Positions 1 through 9,427 of a stretch of 64,000 bases of DNA are shown here, one piece after another (positions within the stretch are counted from its first letter, which is position 1; every line of letters begins with the position of its first letter). The stretch is from the IMG/VR virus record IMGVR_UViG_3300037483_000425, positions 1 through 64,000 of that record. One strand, written 5' to 3'. This stretch comes from a virus (Duplodnaviria > Caudoviricetes). Both the position numbers and the translations under genes were made by a program. The notes below the pieces were generated by a model, which worked only from the letters and a program-made list of their open reading frames with translations, ran no database searches and was not told the DNA's origin.

Positions 1-68
1 AGCTCATACAGTCTTAACAATTTTTGAACAACCGAGTTATGTAATTTCATAATTACATTGTCCTCCAT
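1..68 (-). CDS. Partial hypothetical protein (5' end; runs off left edge)
   Basis: Manual translation MEDNVIMKLHNSVVQKLLRLYE..., open to the window edge. Confidence 0.4.
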   Translation of the reverse strand, partial: MEDNVIMKLHNSVVQKLLRLYE

Positions 69-125
69 TAGAAAAATATGTTAAATAAAGAATCACTAAC
101 CAAAATTTCTTAGTATAAATTGTCC

Positions 126-572
126 ATGAACTTTAATAAGGGACAACTTGTTCAAGTTGATGATAGATTTGGAATATATCTAGAATTTTTTATCGAAAAA
201 AAGACAAATAGACGAAGACCACCTCAAAAATATTCTGTCGAATATCACAAAATCCTTGTTGGCAAACAAATCGCAAAATGCACATGGAACGAAGAAAAGC
301 GAATATTTAAGAACATTTCTAAGCCTTTTTCGAGCTTTAAGCTGCCCAAAATTAGAAAAGTATCTCCAAGCCTTCTTGCGCGAGACTTGGTTTCAGTTCA
401 ACCTATGAGCCTGTCAGGAAAATTGTCATTTTTGGATTACACATATGGCTCAATAGCCACCAGTTCCTTGTCGAGATCCGCCGGGGGTCCTTTGCTGGCC
501 AGCGGCTCCACTTCCCTTCTTAACTCCGGCTCTTTGGGTCCTTGGATGGGCATTCGCCTTGACCTTCCTTAG
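126..572 (+). CDS. Hypothetical protein: SH3/KOW-like N-terminus plus a gp23-type major capsid protein-like segment
   Basis: ATG at 126; residues LPKIRKVSPSLLARDLVSVQPMSLSGKLSFLDYTYG (342-449) resemble the T4 gp23 VRR..P.LIA.D..GVQPM....F.L...YG segment; last ~40 aa are antisense overlap. Confidence 0.6.
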   Translation: MNFNKGQLVQVDDRFGIYLEFFIEKKTNRRRPPQKYSVEYHKILVGKQIAKCTWNEEKRIFKNISKPFSSFKLPKIRKVSPSLLARDLVSVQPMSLSGKLSFLDYTYGSIATSSLSRSAGGPLLASGSTSLLNSGSLGPWMGIRLDLP

Positions 573-725
573 CTCATTATTCGCATCATAAGGATTAAGC
601 GGATTATCATCAATCTCTGGCTCTTCGTCATTATTGAATGGCAAAGAATCTTGAGTTTTCATTACCTTATCAAGATGTTCATGCCATTCAAGCAAATTGC
701 GGATATATTGACGAAGATTATTCAT
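450..725 (-). CDS. Small hypothetical protein with LRxYIRxxLE leader (putative virion internal protein)
   Basis: MNNLRQYIRNLLE N-terminus; TACTTAG motif upstream at 756-762. Confidence 0.65.
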   Translation of the reverse strand: MNNLRQYIRNLLEWHEHLDKVMKTQDSLPFNNDEEPEIDDNPLNPYDANNELRKVKANAHPRTQRAGVKKGSGAAGQQRTPGGSRQGTGGY

Positions 726-726
726 A

Positions 727-1404
727 TTAGTATGGGCTATCAACCAATTTGGGTTCTAAGTATCTTTCAGGGCTTGCATTGCCACGAGCATTCTTCCCCG
801 CTGTGGTAATCATCATAGAACCTCTTTTGTTCACTTTAATTAGTTTCTTCGACAAAAGAGATTGAACAATTGGATTGTCTGAGCTATAAGGGCCAAGATT
901 ATTGTCTTCAAAATATTGTTTTCTATATCCTCCCTTAATTCCTCCAAGAATTGCCAATACTTTTCTTTCTTGATCAGAAACCTCTTCAGTACCTGGAAGC
1001 ATTTTTTCCATATTATCTGGACGAACACGAATACGGGCAAAAGCACCTCGGCCTCCTGTTGAACCCAAAATTACGGCCCCATTTAGAGGAATGGGATATT
1101 CATCTTTGTCGTGCTCAACTTGTTTTTTTTCAAATGGATTTGCTCCGCCCCAAGACCCCATATGAGTTTTGCTTTGTCCTGTTTCCATGTCCATTACAAT
1201 CACAAAACCTCGATTGCCTTTAGAGGCTCCACCACCTTCGCTTGGGCTGTATGTCTCTCCAGACTCAACTTCAATGTCAGGACTCTTGTATCCAACTGAA
1301 GACAATGCTTGGATCATCGCAGGCGGAAGATCCCTTAAGGGAACATGAATGCCACCTCGTATCTCCTTTAATATTTGAGAAACATATTTACGAAGATTAT
1401 TCAT
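727..1404 (-). CDS. Hypothetical protein with leader motif; possible C-terminal winged helix
   Basis: 225-aa ORF starting MNNLRKYVSQILKE; tightly packed with neighbours. Confidence 0.75.
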   Translation of the reverse strand: MNNLRKYVSQILKEIRGGIHVPLRDLPPAMIQALSSVGYKSPDIEVESGETYSPSEGGGASKGNRGFVIVMDMETGQSKTHMGSWGGANPFEKKQVEHDKDEYPIPLNGAVILGSTGGRGAFARIRVRPDNMEKMLPGTEEVSDQERKVLAILGGIKGGYRKQYFEDNNLGPYSSDNPIVQSLLSKKLIKVNKRGSMMITTAGKNARGNASPERYLEPKLVDSPY

Positions 1405-1410
1405 GTTGCC

Positions 1411-3645
1411 TCACTCGTTTATATTTTCAAGGGCTTCATCAATTAATCCAAAAATTTCATATAACGACATTTCTTCTTGAGGCTCTTCTCTCTTTTCTCT
1501 TTGAGATGGTTGAACCGTTGGAAGAATCTTTTGTTTTTTGCGTCTTCCTCTCTTTTTAGGCTGCGGAACAGGGGGAGGATTACCTGCCTCAATCATGCCA
1601 GCAAGCTCTCTCATAGCGTTTTCAAAGCGACCCCAAGCTTCCATAGCAGCATCACCCCTTCTATGAGCCATTTTTAGATTATAACGAACGTCAGCAAGCT
1701 GAGCCCTTTCACTTTTTGTCAAAACCTTGGCAATTGATGCGCTGGATTTTCCAAGATATCTTTGCGTAATCGCATTCATGTCTCTAGACATCTGCTTTGG
1801 ATTATAATTCTGCTCTGCCGAATCTGCCAATTCACGAATTCGTTGAACAAATTCATTCCTTCGATCATTCCGATTCAATTGAATCGGTTCTTCTTCCTCT
1901 TGTGGCATCATTCCTTTCAATGATTCTGCCGCTTTCTTTAGCGCAATGAAGACTGGGATATTTCCATCTTTTTGAGCCAGCTGCATAACTTGCTCAATAA
2001 TGTCAAGCTGATCAGAAACTTCATCAGAACCCAAATTGCCAGCTTCTGACATATCTTGAGCAATTCCTGCAACATATGCTTTTTCATCCAATCCAGGATA
2101 TTCGCTTGCCAAATATTCTGCAAATGACTGATAACGACCTAGAATTGGGTTTTTATATTCAATGAGAAGAAATTGGTAATCCCAAATAGACTCATTCAAT
2201 TCCTTGGACTCTTTTAGTTTTTTTCCATAAACGGAATATTTTTCAAAAAACTTTTTATAAACTTCTTCAACTGCATCAACCTCTGCAAGATCTAAAGGAT
2301 CTTCAGACTTTTTCTTCATCTTGATATAAGTTGGATCATTTTCATAAACGGTATAACCCGATGGGTGTCCGTCCATTTCGCTATTTTGAAGATTTGCACG
2401 AGCTAAGCCGCCAGGCTCAGCTGGAACACTTGGATGCATTTGCTCAGGATCTGTCGCTCCGCTATCATATCCGCTTTTTGCCCCCCAATCCTTAAACCGA
2501 ATATAATTCCCATCAGTTTGCCCGGTCCTTCTGTGCGGCCAAGCATCTCCTTCCGTTTTCCCCTCCAAGGCTTCGCTCAAGGAATCCCTCGATTTATTAA
2601 TTGCAGGTTCTACTTTAGTAACATCTCTCCAAAATAGATCCTCTTTATCGGGTCCAGTCCATTGAATAACATTTCCTTCTGGCTCATCAAAAACAACAGT
2701 AATAGTGTGATCATCTGCGGTGACTACTTGTCCTTCAGCTCCAGCAGGGATTTTAACAGGATAATAATCTTTTCCACCTTGTTGACGATAAACTTGTCCA
2801 ACGGATCTCACAAGCATACCCTTATGAATCTGTAAATCATCGTCCATCAATTCTCCAGGCAAATCATTTCCCTCTTTATCAAATTCTCCCATTTCACTTA
2901 GAGACTCTTTGGATGGCTCATTAGCTTTCCAGTTCCATTTAGGATCTTCTGGACCTTCTTGCATATACCATTTGCTCATGGTATCATCTGTATTTTTAAA
3001 TGGATTGACGTGCTCTCTTTGAACTCCATCATAGGCTTCAAATCCTGGCCCAATTCCTCCTTGAACCGCAAATTCTCCATTATTAAGCATTGCTTGAAAT
3101 CTTTCTTCTTTTTCAATCATTTGATCATCAGCGAGAGCCCTAAATCGTTCAACTTCAGAGATTTCTTGAGCTGGACCTTCCCCCAAAGCCCAATCAAGCA
3201 TTTCTCCCTCAAAAACTGGAGGTTCATATCCGGAATCCCGAAATCCCATACCATAACCACCCATGGCGGAGCCACCTGCTGACAAAGCGTCAATGTCAAT
3301 ATCGTTCCATCCGTCACTTCCCCTGTGGCTTTCGTATTGGGCCGTGCCTTTATTGGCCGGTCCCATAACTCCTGCTCCAACCAACCCAAGCATCATCCCT
3401 TCTTCCAATGACGTCATTGGTTTTTCTTTCTCAATCTCTCCTTCCCATGCTTCAGGATCTTTAGTTTCCCCAATTAACTCCAAAAAACGATCTTCATCAG
3501 ACTCTATGACGGAGACATTCTCTGAAAACATCTCTACATCATCTTCTAATTGCTTTTCGTAAGACTCTACGACATGATCTCTTGTGTCGTCAAAATCGTC
3601 TTCTTCAATCAATCCTGCAAGCATTTCAATGCGCTTATTATCCAT
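1411..3645 (-). CDS. Large acidic hypothetical protein (putative internal head/scaffold-like protein)
   Basis: 744 aa, very D/E-rich, several [LIS]xE sites, internal SH3-like stretch (KGMLVRSVG...GAEGQVV...ITVVFD); TACTTAT upstream. Confidence 0.75.
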   Translation of the reverse strand: MDNKRIEMLAGLIEEDDFDDTRDHVVESYEKQLEDDVEMFSENVSVIESDEDRFLELIGETKDPEAWEGEIEKEKPMTSLEEGMMLGLVGAGVMGPANKGTAQYESHRGSDGWNDIDIDALSAGGSAMGGYGMGFRDSGYEPPVFEGEMLDWALGEGPAQEISEVERFRALADDQMIEKEERFQAMLNNGEFAVQGGIGPGFEAYDGVQREHVNPFKNTDDTMSKWYMQEGPEDPKWNWKANEPSKESLSEMGEFDKEGNDLPGELMDDDLQIHKGMLVRSVGQVYRQQGGKDYYPVKIPAGAEGQVVTADDHTITVVFDEPEGNVIQWTGPDKEDLFWRDVTKVEPAINKSRDSLSEALEGKTEGDAWPHRRTGQTDGNYIRFKDWGAKSGYDSGATDPEQMHPSVPAEPGGLARANLQNSEMDGHPSGYTVYENDPTYIKMKKKSEDPLDLAEVDAVEEVYKKFFEKYSVYGKKLKESKELNESIWDYQFLLIEYKNPILGRYQSFAEYLASEYPGLDEKAYVAGIAQDMSEAGNLGSDEVSDQLDIIEQVMQLAQKDGNIPVFIALKKAAESLKGMMPQEEEEPIQLNRNDRRNEFVQRIRELADSAEQNYNPKQMSRDMNAITQRYLGKSSASIAKVLTKSERAQLADVRYNLKMAHRRGDAAMEAWGRFENAMRELAGMIEAGNPPPVPQPKKRGRRKKQKILPTVQPSQREKREEPQEEMSLYEIFGLIDEALENINE

Positions 3646-3661
3646 AATAAACCTCTACCAT

Positions 3662-3668
3662 ATAAGTA
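3662..3668 (-). promoter_or_regulatory. Putative late-promoter motif TACTTAT
   Basis: Recurrent TAyTTA(T/G) motif just upstream of the 744-aa gene. Confidence 0.5.
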
Positions 3669-3709
3669 GCCATTATATCTGTAAATTACAGGATTAAGAA
3701 CTAATGTGG

Positions 3710-4117
3710 CTAAATCAACTCTAAAGCGCTAATAAAAGATCTCTTTTCTGGAAGTTTCACTAATATATTCAATTTTCCTTGAAACACTCTCTTTAATGGA
3801 AAGTGGAGTCCATCAATTTTTACTTTTTTAATATTTGGGATCAAACCATCATGATAATGATAAACATCCTCTAGGAATTCTTCCGACACCAAAACAATGA
3901 AACCATCATAGTCAATATCGATTTGGTTTTCATCTAGACATTTTTTAATATAGCCATTTTCACTATCCAAATCAATTACTGTTTCAAATCTAATATGTTT
4001 GCCATGAATGGGTGGAGAATCGTGCTTTTCAGGATGATCTGAATTGCAACTACTCATTATGATCTTTAAATCACAAGGAATAGCCTCTTCTGGCTCTGTC
4101 ATTTGTTCAAGCTTCAT
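3710..4117 (-). CDS. Hypothetical protein
   Basis: 135-aa ORF, 4-nt overlap with upstream gene. Confidence 0.7.
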   Translation of the reverse strand: MKLEQMTEPEEAIPCDLKIIMSSCNSDHPEKHDSPPIHGKHIRFETVIDLDSENGYIKKCLDENQIDIDYDGFIVLVSEEFLEDVYHYHDGLIPNIKKVKIDGLHFPLKRVFQGKLNILVKLPEKRSFISALELI

Positions 4118-4470
4118 GTTAAGTCCGCATTATCAGTGATTCTTTCTGTGATTTTGCGTCCCTTTTCTGTTGCTGCATCAATTTCCTCTAACCCAAATGC
4201 AACACGAACTTTATTAAGGGTATCTGTATCTAAGACTTTCTTTGCGTGATTATAATCAAAATAGATGTGAATATCCATATTACAAATAGGAACATCTTCC
4301 CCGCTTGGTCCTGGCTCAAATTCTCCTGTTTGCTTAAATTCAAACATAAACAACTTGTCAGGCATCTCCTGATCTACAGGGATCTCTATATGTGGTATAT
4401 TGGAATTTTCAGCATAAACTATATCAAAATTCCAATTGGTTTTCTTATTATTTTTCATATGTGACTCCAT
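4114..4470 (-). CDS. Hypothetical protein
   Basis: 118-aa ORF in operon-like packing. Confidence 0.7.
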   Translation of the reverse strand: MESHMKNNKKTNWNFDIVYAENSNIPHIEIPVDQEMPDKLFMFEFKQTGEFEPGPSGEDVPICNMDIHIYFDYNHAKKVLDTDTLNKVRVAFGLEEIDAATEKGRKITERITDNADLT

Positions 4471-4544
4471 GCCCTTTTTGTTCTTATATTGTATACTATT
4501 GTTCTACTAACATTAAATAAATAGATGCCAGAAATCATGTGGAA

Positions 4545-4877
4545 TTACAATTCATTATCTCGGCCCAATAAATGATTTCGTGCTTTAATCGCTTTTTCAG
4601 CGTGTTTTCTTTTTAAGGATTGAAAATCTCTTAATGTTCCTTCCCACGTTTCTATCAGTTCTGGTGTTGAATATTCTTCTTTATGGAGATAAATAACGCC
4701 AATTGCATTATCAAGAATATCTTTTACCTTCTCCCAAGAATGATAAATTTCTTCAGGATCACTATCCTCCAAATAATCTCTTATTTTTTGGTATATTGGG
4801 TACAATCCTTTAATAAATTCAATTTTCTCACCCTCATATTGAAGATCTTCAAAAATAAATTTACGAAGCATGTTCAT
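4545..4877 (-). CDS. Hypothetical helical protein with short leader motif
   Basis: MNMLRKFIFE N-terminus; overlaps upstream stop. Confidence 0.7.
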   Translation of the reverse strand: MNMLRKFIFEDLQYEGEKIEFIKGLYPIYQKIRDYLEDSDPEEIYHSWEKVKDILDNAIGVIYLHKEEYSTPELIETWEGTLRDFQSLKRKHAEKAIKARNHLLGRDNEL

Positions 4878-6070
4878 TTTATCATTTTAAGCCCTTGCAA
4901 ATAATATTGTGCCAATTCATGACTTTTCCCGCCAGGCAATTGCTTGATCTTGTCGCCAATAATCTTTTTCGCCTGATCTTTGATTGCTTTCTTTGTTCCT
5001 TTTACAGCAAGCTTAGCAACATTTTTTACACTTTCTTGATCTCCAGCCTTTCGTGCAATCTTTTCAAACTTTCCCTTCGTCATTTGATTAAGCTTCTGAG
5101 TGTCTTCCAAATCCAAAGCGTCATGTGTCATTGACACAAATCCATGAACCCAATTTTTAACATAAGATTCGGCATCTTTTTGCATAGATTTGGCGATGGG
5201 ACTTTGTTCAACTCTTTGTTTTATCTCAGGTCCCTTGAAAATATTTTTAATAGCACTAAAAGCCCTTTTCAGCATCTCTATCTCATGAAGCATCTCGGCT
5301 TCTGTTAAAACTATTCCAGACCTTTCATAGTGAGCCTTGAATTGGTATCGAGAGCTTCCTGGTCCACTTGTTTTGCTTGTGGCAAAATGTGTTTTTGGCT
5401 CTCTCCACCAACGACCCATTTTCGTTTTAGGCGTAGAATAGTCCAAGGCTGGAATTGATTTTGGAGAAGGAGAAGTTGGACCACCATGCATCCGACCATA
5501 GTGCTTAACAACTTTTGAATATTCTCTTGCTTTATCTGTTAGATCTTTTGTTGTTCCTGCACTAATAATGTCAATCAATGTAAGTGCTGTATCTGGTGCG
5601 TCTCTCAAAAATCTCCCCGCAATGAAATTGTAAGGAGAAGCTAAAAATCCCATCAATGCAGCATCGCCCGTAAACAAATGTGATTCCGTTCGACCAAATA
5701 CATCTTTGTACTTTTCCTTGATCGCCTCAAGCCTTTGACTCTCTTCTTCGTCATAAGCTTCATAATCGGAAATATAACCAGGCAAAACTAAAGAGATAAT
5801 GTCTTCTGCAAGATACCCTGCAATTTTTTGAAGTTTACTTGAAAATTTTTCAGCAAATGATGCAGTTGTCTTTAAAGGATCAATAAAAGCATTCCAAATA
5901 TCTTTGAAAAAATCCTCGGAAGCTCCATAGCCATATCCTCCCATGCCTCCGCCGCCACCTCCGCCATAGCCTCCATAGCCTCCGTCTCCACCTCCGTCTC
6001 CATCTTCGCTTATTAAACGAACATATTCACGAAGCATTTTATGTTGCCTTTTGTTAAGGTCCCCAGACAT
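4874..6070 (-). CDS. Hypothetical protein with leader motif and Gly-rich segment
   Basis: MLREYVRLISE followed by GDGGGDGGYGGYGGGGGGGMGGYGYG; TACTTAT 4 nt upstream. Confidence 0.75.
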   Translation of the reverse strand: MSGDLNKRQHKMLREYVRLISEDGDGGGDGGYGGYGGGGGGGMGGYGYGASEDFFKDIWNAFIDPLKTTASFAEKFSSKLQKIAGYLAEDIISLVLPGYISDYEAYDEEESQRLEAIKEKYKDVFGRTESHLFTGDAALMGFLASPYNFIAGRFLRDAPDTALTLIDIISAGTTKDLTDKAREYSKVVKHYGRMHGGPTSPSPKSIPALDYSTPKTKMGRWWREPKTHFATSKTSGPGSSRYQFKAHYERSGIVLTEAEMLHEIEMLKRAFSAIKNIFKGPEIKQRVEQSPIAKSMQKDAESYVKNWVHGFVSMTHDALDLEDTQKLNQMTKGKFEKIARKAGDQESVKNVAKLAVKGTKKAIKDQAKKIIGDKIKQLPGGKSHELAQYYLQGLKMIK

Positions 6071-6074
6071 AGTA

Positions 6075-6081
6075 ATAAGTA
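6075..6081 (-). promoter_or_regulatory. Putative late-promoter motif TACTTAT
   Basis: Motif immediately upstream of ATG at 6070. Confidence 0.5.
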
Positions 6082-6085
6082 TCTA

Positions 6086-6514
6086 TTACTTGCTCATATT
6101 CCTATTGATAATATTTTTGGCATATTGGATAACAGATTTCTGATAATGATGCATCTCTGGCAATTCATTCACAGAAAACCATCGAGCTTCTTTAATTTCT
6201 CCCCCGTCGACCTGAATTCCGTGTTGAGGATTCAGTTGCTTTGCCAAGAAAATATGAACAGTTTTGTTTTCTCTTTTATTTGAAGTAAATGTTGGAGGCA
6301 ATTCGTAAAGCAAACGAGGAATAACTCCTGTTTCTTCCCATGTTTCTCGCACTGCCGCCTCTTCAATAGACTCATTCAACTCACAATGACCCTTTGGAAG
6401 ACCCCATTGCTCATTCAAAGGATGGCGAATGAATAAAAATTGAATTTCTCCAACTTCATTCATTCGGAAAACAATCGTTCCAGCACAAGTCACATCTTTC
6501 TTTCGTGTTGCCAT
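6086..6514 (-). CDS. Nudix hydrolase
   Basis: Nudix box WGLPKGHCELNESIEEAAVRETWEETG. Confidence 0.92.
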   Translation of the reverse strand: MATRKKDVTCAGTIVFRMNEVGEIQFLFIRHPLNEQWGLPKGHCELNESIEEAAVRETWEETGVIPRLLYELPPTFTSNKRENKTVHIFLAKQLNPQHGIQVDGGEIKEARWFSVNELPEMHHYQKSVIQYAKNIINRNMSK

Positions 6515-6549
6515 CTCTATACTGTATAACTATTATACAAGGAATAGAC

Positions 6550-7074
6550 ATGGACATAGCAATTTATCCGATTTCTGGAAAGCCTTACCACAAAGGTCAC
6601 CACAATGTTGTTTTAAAAGCACTAAATGAAAATGATGTTGTAATATTAATAGTTTCATTAAAAGATCGAGATAACATATCAGGAGCTTCAATGGCAAAAA
6701 TTTGGAAAGATCTAATCCTTCCAAAAATGCCAGAAAATGTCAAAACTGTATTCCTAATGTCCTCTCCAATTAAGCATGTCTTTGAGATATTACAAAAAGC
6801 CGAATCCGAAATGCAACACAATACATTCCGGATCTATAGTGACGAAAACGATATTCAAACTTATAAAAATATTGAATCTCATTATCCATTTTTGTGTTCA
6901 AAAAACTACATAAATCTTAGAACATGTAATCGACAAGATATTGCCGATATAAGTGGCACAAAAATGAGAGAATATCTAAAAAATGGAGATCGAGAGTCTT
7001 TTATCAAATGGCTTCCAAACATCATTGACGGAGAAGAAGTCTTTAATATTTTATCCTGCAAAAATATAGTATGA
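6550..7074 (+). CDS. HxGH-family nucleotidyltransferase (cytidylyltransferase/NMNAT/PPAT-like)
   Basis: IAIYPISGKPYHKGH near N-terminus and ISGTKMRE (KMSKS-like) motif; start MDIAIY at 6550. Confidence 0.85.
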   Translation: MDIAIYPISGKPYHKGHHNVVLKALNENDVVILIVSLKDRDNISGASMAKIWKDLILPKMPENVKTVFLMSSPIKHVFEILQKAESEMQHNTFRIYSDENDIQTYKNIESHYPFLCSKNYINLRTCNRQDIADISGTKMREYLKNGDRESFIKWLPNIIDGEEVFNILSCKNIV

Positions 7075-8280
7075 CAATGGTTTATTTTGAGGATTTTCAA
7101 TCCTTTTTTGTTTCCCATATTTTACGGTCGAAATCACTTTATTCATAGGACCAAAGGCTCCTGTTATTTTATAAAGATTTTCTCGATACATGAAAACCAA
7201 ACCTTCCATTGTAACATTCCCGTCCCCAATCTTTGGAATCGCCTGATCTACAAGCTTGCTCTCTTCTTCCATACGCAATGTATGACAAGATTGTTCAAAT
7301 AGTTTTTGTATTCTTTTGGATTCCTTCTCAATGTCATCAATATGATCAGACTTGACTCCATTCAATATCCTTGTTGAAAACTGGTGAATTGTATTTTCGA
7401 TAGGAGATAAAAGTTTCGTAATGACCTTTTTTTCTTCAGAAACCATATACTTCGTTTGATCAAGCAAAAGTCGATCAAGACTTTTGTATATTTCTTTTAA
7501 AGTTGGAGCGCCTATTAATTTAACCAAGCGTCGTGCAACACCAATTTTTGTTTGTTGAGGAACAATTGGAAACCTCTGCATATCCTCAATCAATCTCTTA
7601 TAAAGGAAATCCCTAATTCTAACATTTTCTTTCACATTTGCCGCTAAACAAATTGCATCAAGTTTTTGGCACGCATTATTTATTGCTGATTCTTTTATTG
7701 GTTTTATTTTGAATAATTTTGGTCCACAAATGTTCCAATCATCAACATTGTTGTTGATTTTGTCTATAAGCATGTCCAGAACTTCTAAATTTCGATGAAG
7801 ATTTGTTTGTATTGGCTCCCCATCAAAACTAAAAAGCATTGGCCCATATTTGTGAAAACAGATTACTTTATGATCGTAATAAATGGTGTTAGGAAGTTCT
7901 GGATTCAAGACTTCTATTGAGAACCATATTCCTCCCGTGTTTCCAAACAACTCTCTTTTATAATTGTATGCAAGCGGTCTCAACGCCTTGTCTAGAGCAT
8001 CATAGGCTTGGATAAAAGACTTCTCAACATTAGGACGGTCTCCAAACTTAAGAGACAAACCATACCGATCCAGCCCTCTATCTTTTACGTTTTGTTTGTT
8101 TCTCGCAACCTTTAATTTGTCTTCTTCAAAATCCCATGTAATGTAGAGATTTTGACCGTCAAACTTTTCATAAGTCTCAAGTTTTCCAGATCCGAGATCT
8201 CGAAATACTTGTTTTATGTCACGAAATCTCAAGTCATGGTCTTCGTAAAGGTGGTTGATATGGCCCCATAACCCAGGCAT
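7051..8280 (-). CDS. RNA-ligase-like covalent nucleotidyltransferase (ATP-dependent ligase superfamily)
   Basis: Motif I EKFDGQN, motif IV EGLV, motif V YKITG; N-terminal GHINHLYED. Confidence 0.65.
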   Translation of the reverse strand: MPGLWGHINHLYEDHDLRFRDIKQVFRDLGSGKLETYEKFDGQNLYITWDFEEDKLKVARNKQNVKDRGLDRYGLSLKFGDRPNVEKSFIQAYDALDKALRPLAYNYKRELFGNTGGIWFSIEVLNPELPNTIYYDHKVICFHKYGPMLFSFDGEPIQTNLHRNLEVLDMLIDKINNNVDDWNICGPKLFKIKPIKESAINNACQKLDAICLAANVKENVRIRDFLYKRLIEDMQRFPIVPQQTKIGVARRLVKLIGAPTLKEIYKSLDRLLLDQTKYMVSEEKKVITKLLSPIENTIHQFSTRILNGVKSDHIDDIEKESKRIQKLFEQSCHTLRMEEESKLVDQAIPKIGDGNVTMEGLVFMYRENLYKITGAFGPMNKVISTVKYGKQKRIENPQNKPLSYYIFAG

Positions 8281-8453
8281 TATTCCACAATTCCATAACC
8301 TTTTGAGATTGCGTTTTCAATAGAGTTTCGGAAAAAAGAAACAATTTCGGAGTCTGTAACATCTTCGTCCGGACCCTTATTATAAGCCTCACGAATTTTG
8401 GTCAACAATTCTTCATTATACTCTATTTCAATGTCATTTCTTTTGATCTTCAT
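8280..8453 (-). CDS. Small hypothetical protein (57 aa, not in ORF track)
   Basis: MKIKRNDIEIEYNEELLTKIREAY...GYGIVE*; stop overlaps next ATG (TAATG). Confidence 0.6.
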   Translation of the reverse strand: MKIKRNDIEIEYNEELLTKIREAYNKGPDEDVTDSEIVSFFRNSIENAISKGYGIVE

Positions 8454-8474
8454 AGCTTATAAGTTTATCATATC

Positions 8475-9209
8475 TTAGCCCAATATTGTTTTGATATATG
8501 CTCTGAACTCTTCTTTTTTAGATTCGTTACTTGGGCCAACTTGAATTGGTGCTGTTGTGTCTTCTTGGCCACGTGTAGATGATGTTCGTAATGCGGCTCT
8601 TTGAGCTTGCGTTGGTTGTGGAGGTCTTCTTTCTCTACGTTCACGATCTGTAGCATCAATATTCACATTCTCATCACCAAGATCTGGCGCTTCTTTGGCC
8701 GCTTTTCCGCTTGTTACGTCTCGAATAGCAGACATAAATGTAGCCAATGCTAGTCTTTCAGAATCGCTTAATTGATCTTCAAAATACTTTCTAAGCTCTG
8801 AAGAGATATCAGCTTCCTTGAAAGATCGGCCTGCACGAATCATATTAAGTGTTGCGATTAATCCATCTGAAGTCACCTCTCCTAATTCTAGTGTCAATGG
8901 GGTTGGACGAACTTCGACCCTATCTTCTTGCGGAGGCTCTTCCATTTGTGGCTCTTCGGCTGGTTGTTCTGGCTCTTCGTCTTCATCTCCTTCATCTCCA
9001 CCAAATATATCGTCTTCACCCCCTTTATCTCCTGCATCTCCGCCCTCTTCCTCTCCGCCTTCTTCATCATCTCCAAAAATTGGATCGGCCTCATTGAGAG
9101 ATTCTCTACTTTCTTCTTCATAAGCTTTTCGCACAGCTTCTTCAGCAAGCACCTTAAAATAAAGAGCAAGGTCCTTCTTTGCGGTTATCAATGGTCTTTT
9201 ATTGCTCAT
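8475..9209 (-). CDS. Acidic low-complexity hypothetical protein (possible prohead core/scaffold-like)
   Basis: 244 aa, E/D/G-rich N-half, ends EEFRAYIKTILG. Confidence 0.7.
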   Translation of the reverse strand: MSNKRPLITAKKDLALYFKVLAEEAVRKAYEEESRESLNEADPIFGDDEEGGEEEGGDAGDKGGEDDIFGGDEGDEDEEPEQPAEEPQMEEPPQEDRVEVRPTPLTLELGEVTSDGLIATLNMIRAGRSFKEADISSELRKYFEDQLSDSERLALATFMSAIRDVTSGKAAKEAPDLGDENVNIDATDRERRERRPPQPTQAQRAALRTSSTRGQEDTTAPIQVGPSNESKKEEFRAYIKTILG

Positions 9210-9410
9210 TTATCGTCTCCCATATTTTGTACGATTACCTGGGCGTTCTCTGTATCGATCACTAATTTTACGACCATATTCTCCCTCTCCATCGCTCTCA
9301 ACAATTCTATTTTTATCTTGTTCAGACTTCTCAATTTCATCCATAAATTTATCGAATGTCATTTCCTTATCGAAATCTTCACCTTGTTCAATTACAAATC
9401 TGTCGCCCAT
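9210..9410 (-). CDS. Small hypothetical protein
   Basis: 66 aa; GGAG RBS and TACTTAT (9430-9436) upstream. Confidence 0.65.
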   Translation of the reverse strand: MGDRFVIEQGEDFDKEMTFDKFMDEIEKSEQDKNRIVESDGEGEYGRKISDRYRERPGNRTKYGRR

Positions 9411-9427
9411 AGTAGTATCTCCTATGC

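Noticed and set aside
5920-6005. Tandem CCTCCG/CCATAG-like repeats
   Set aside because: Explained by the Gly/Tyr-rich coding segment.
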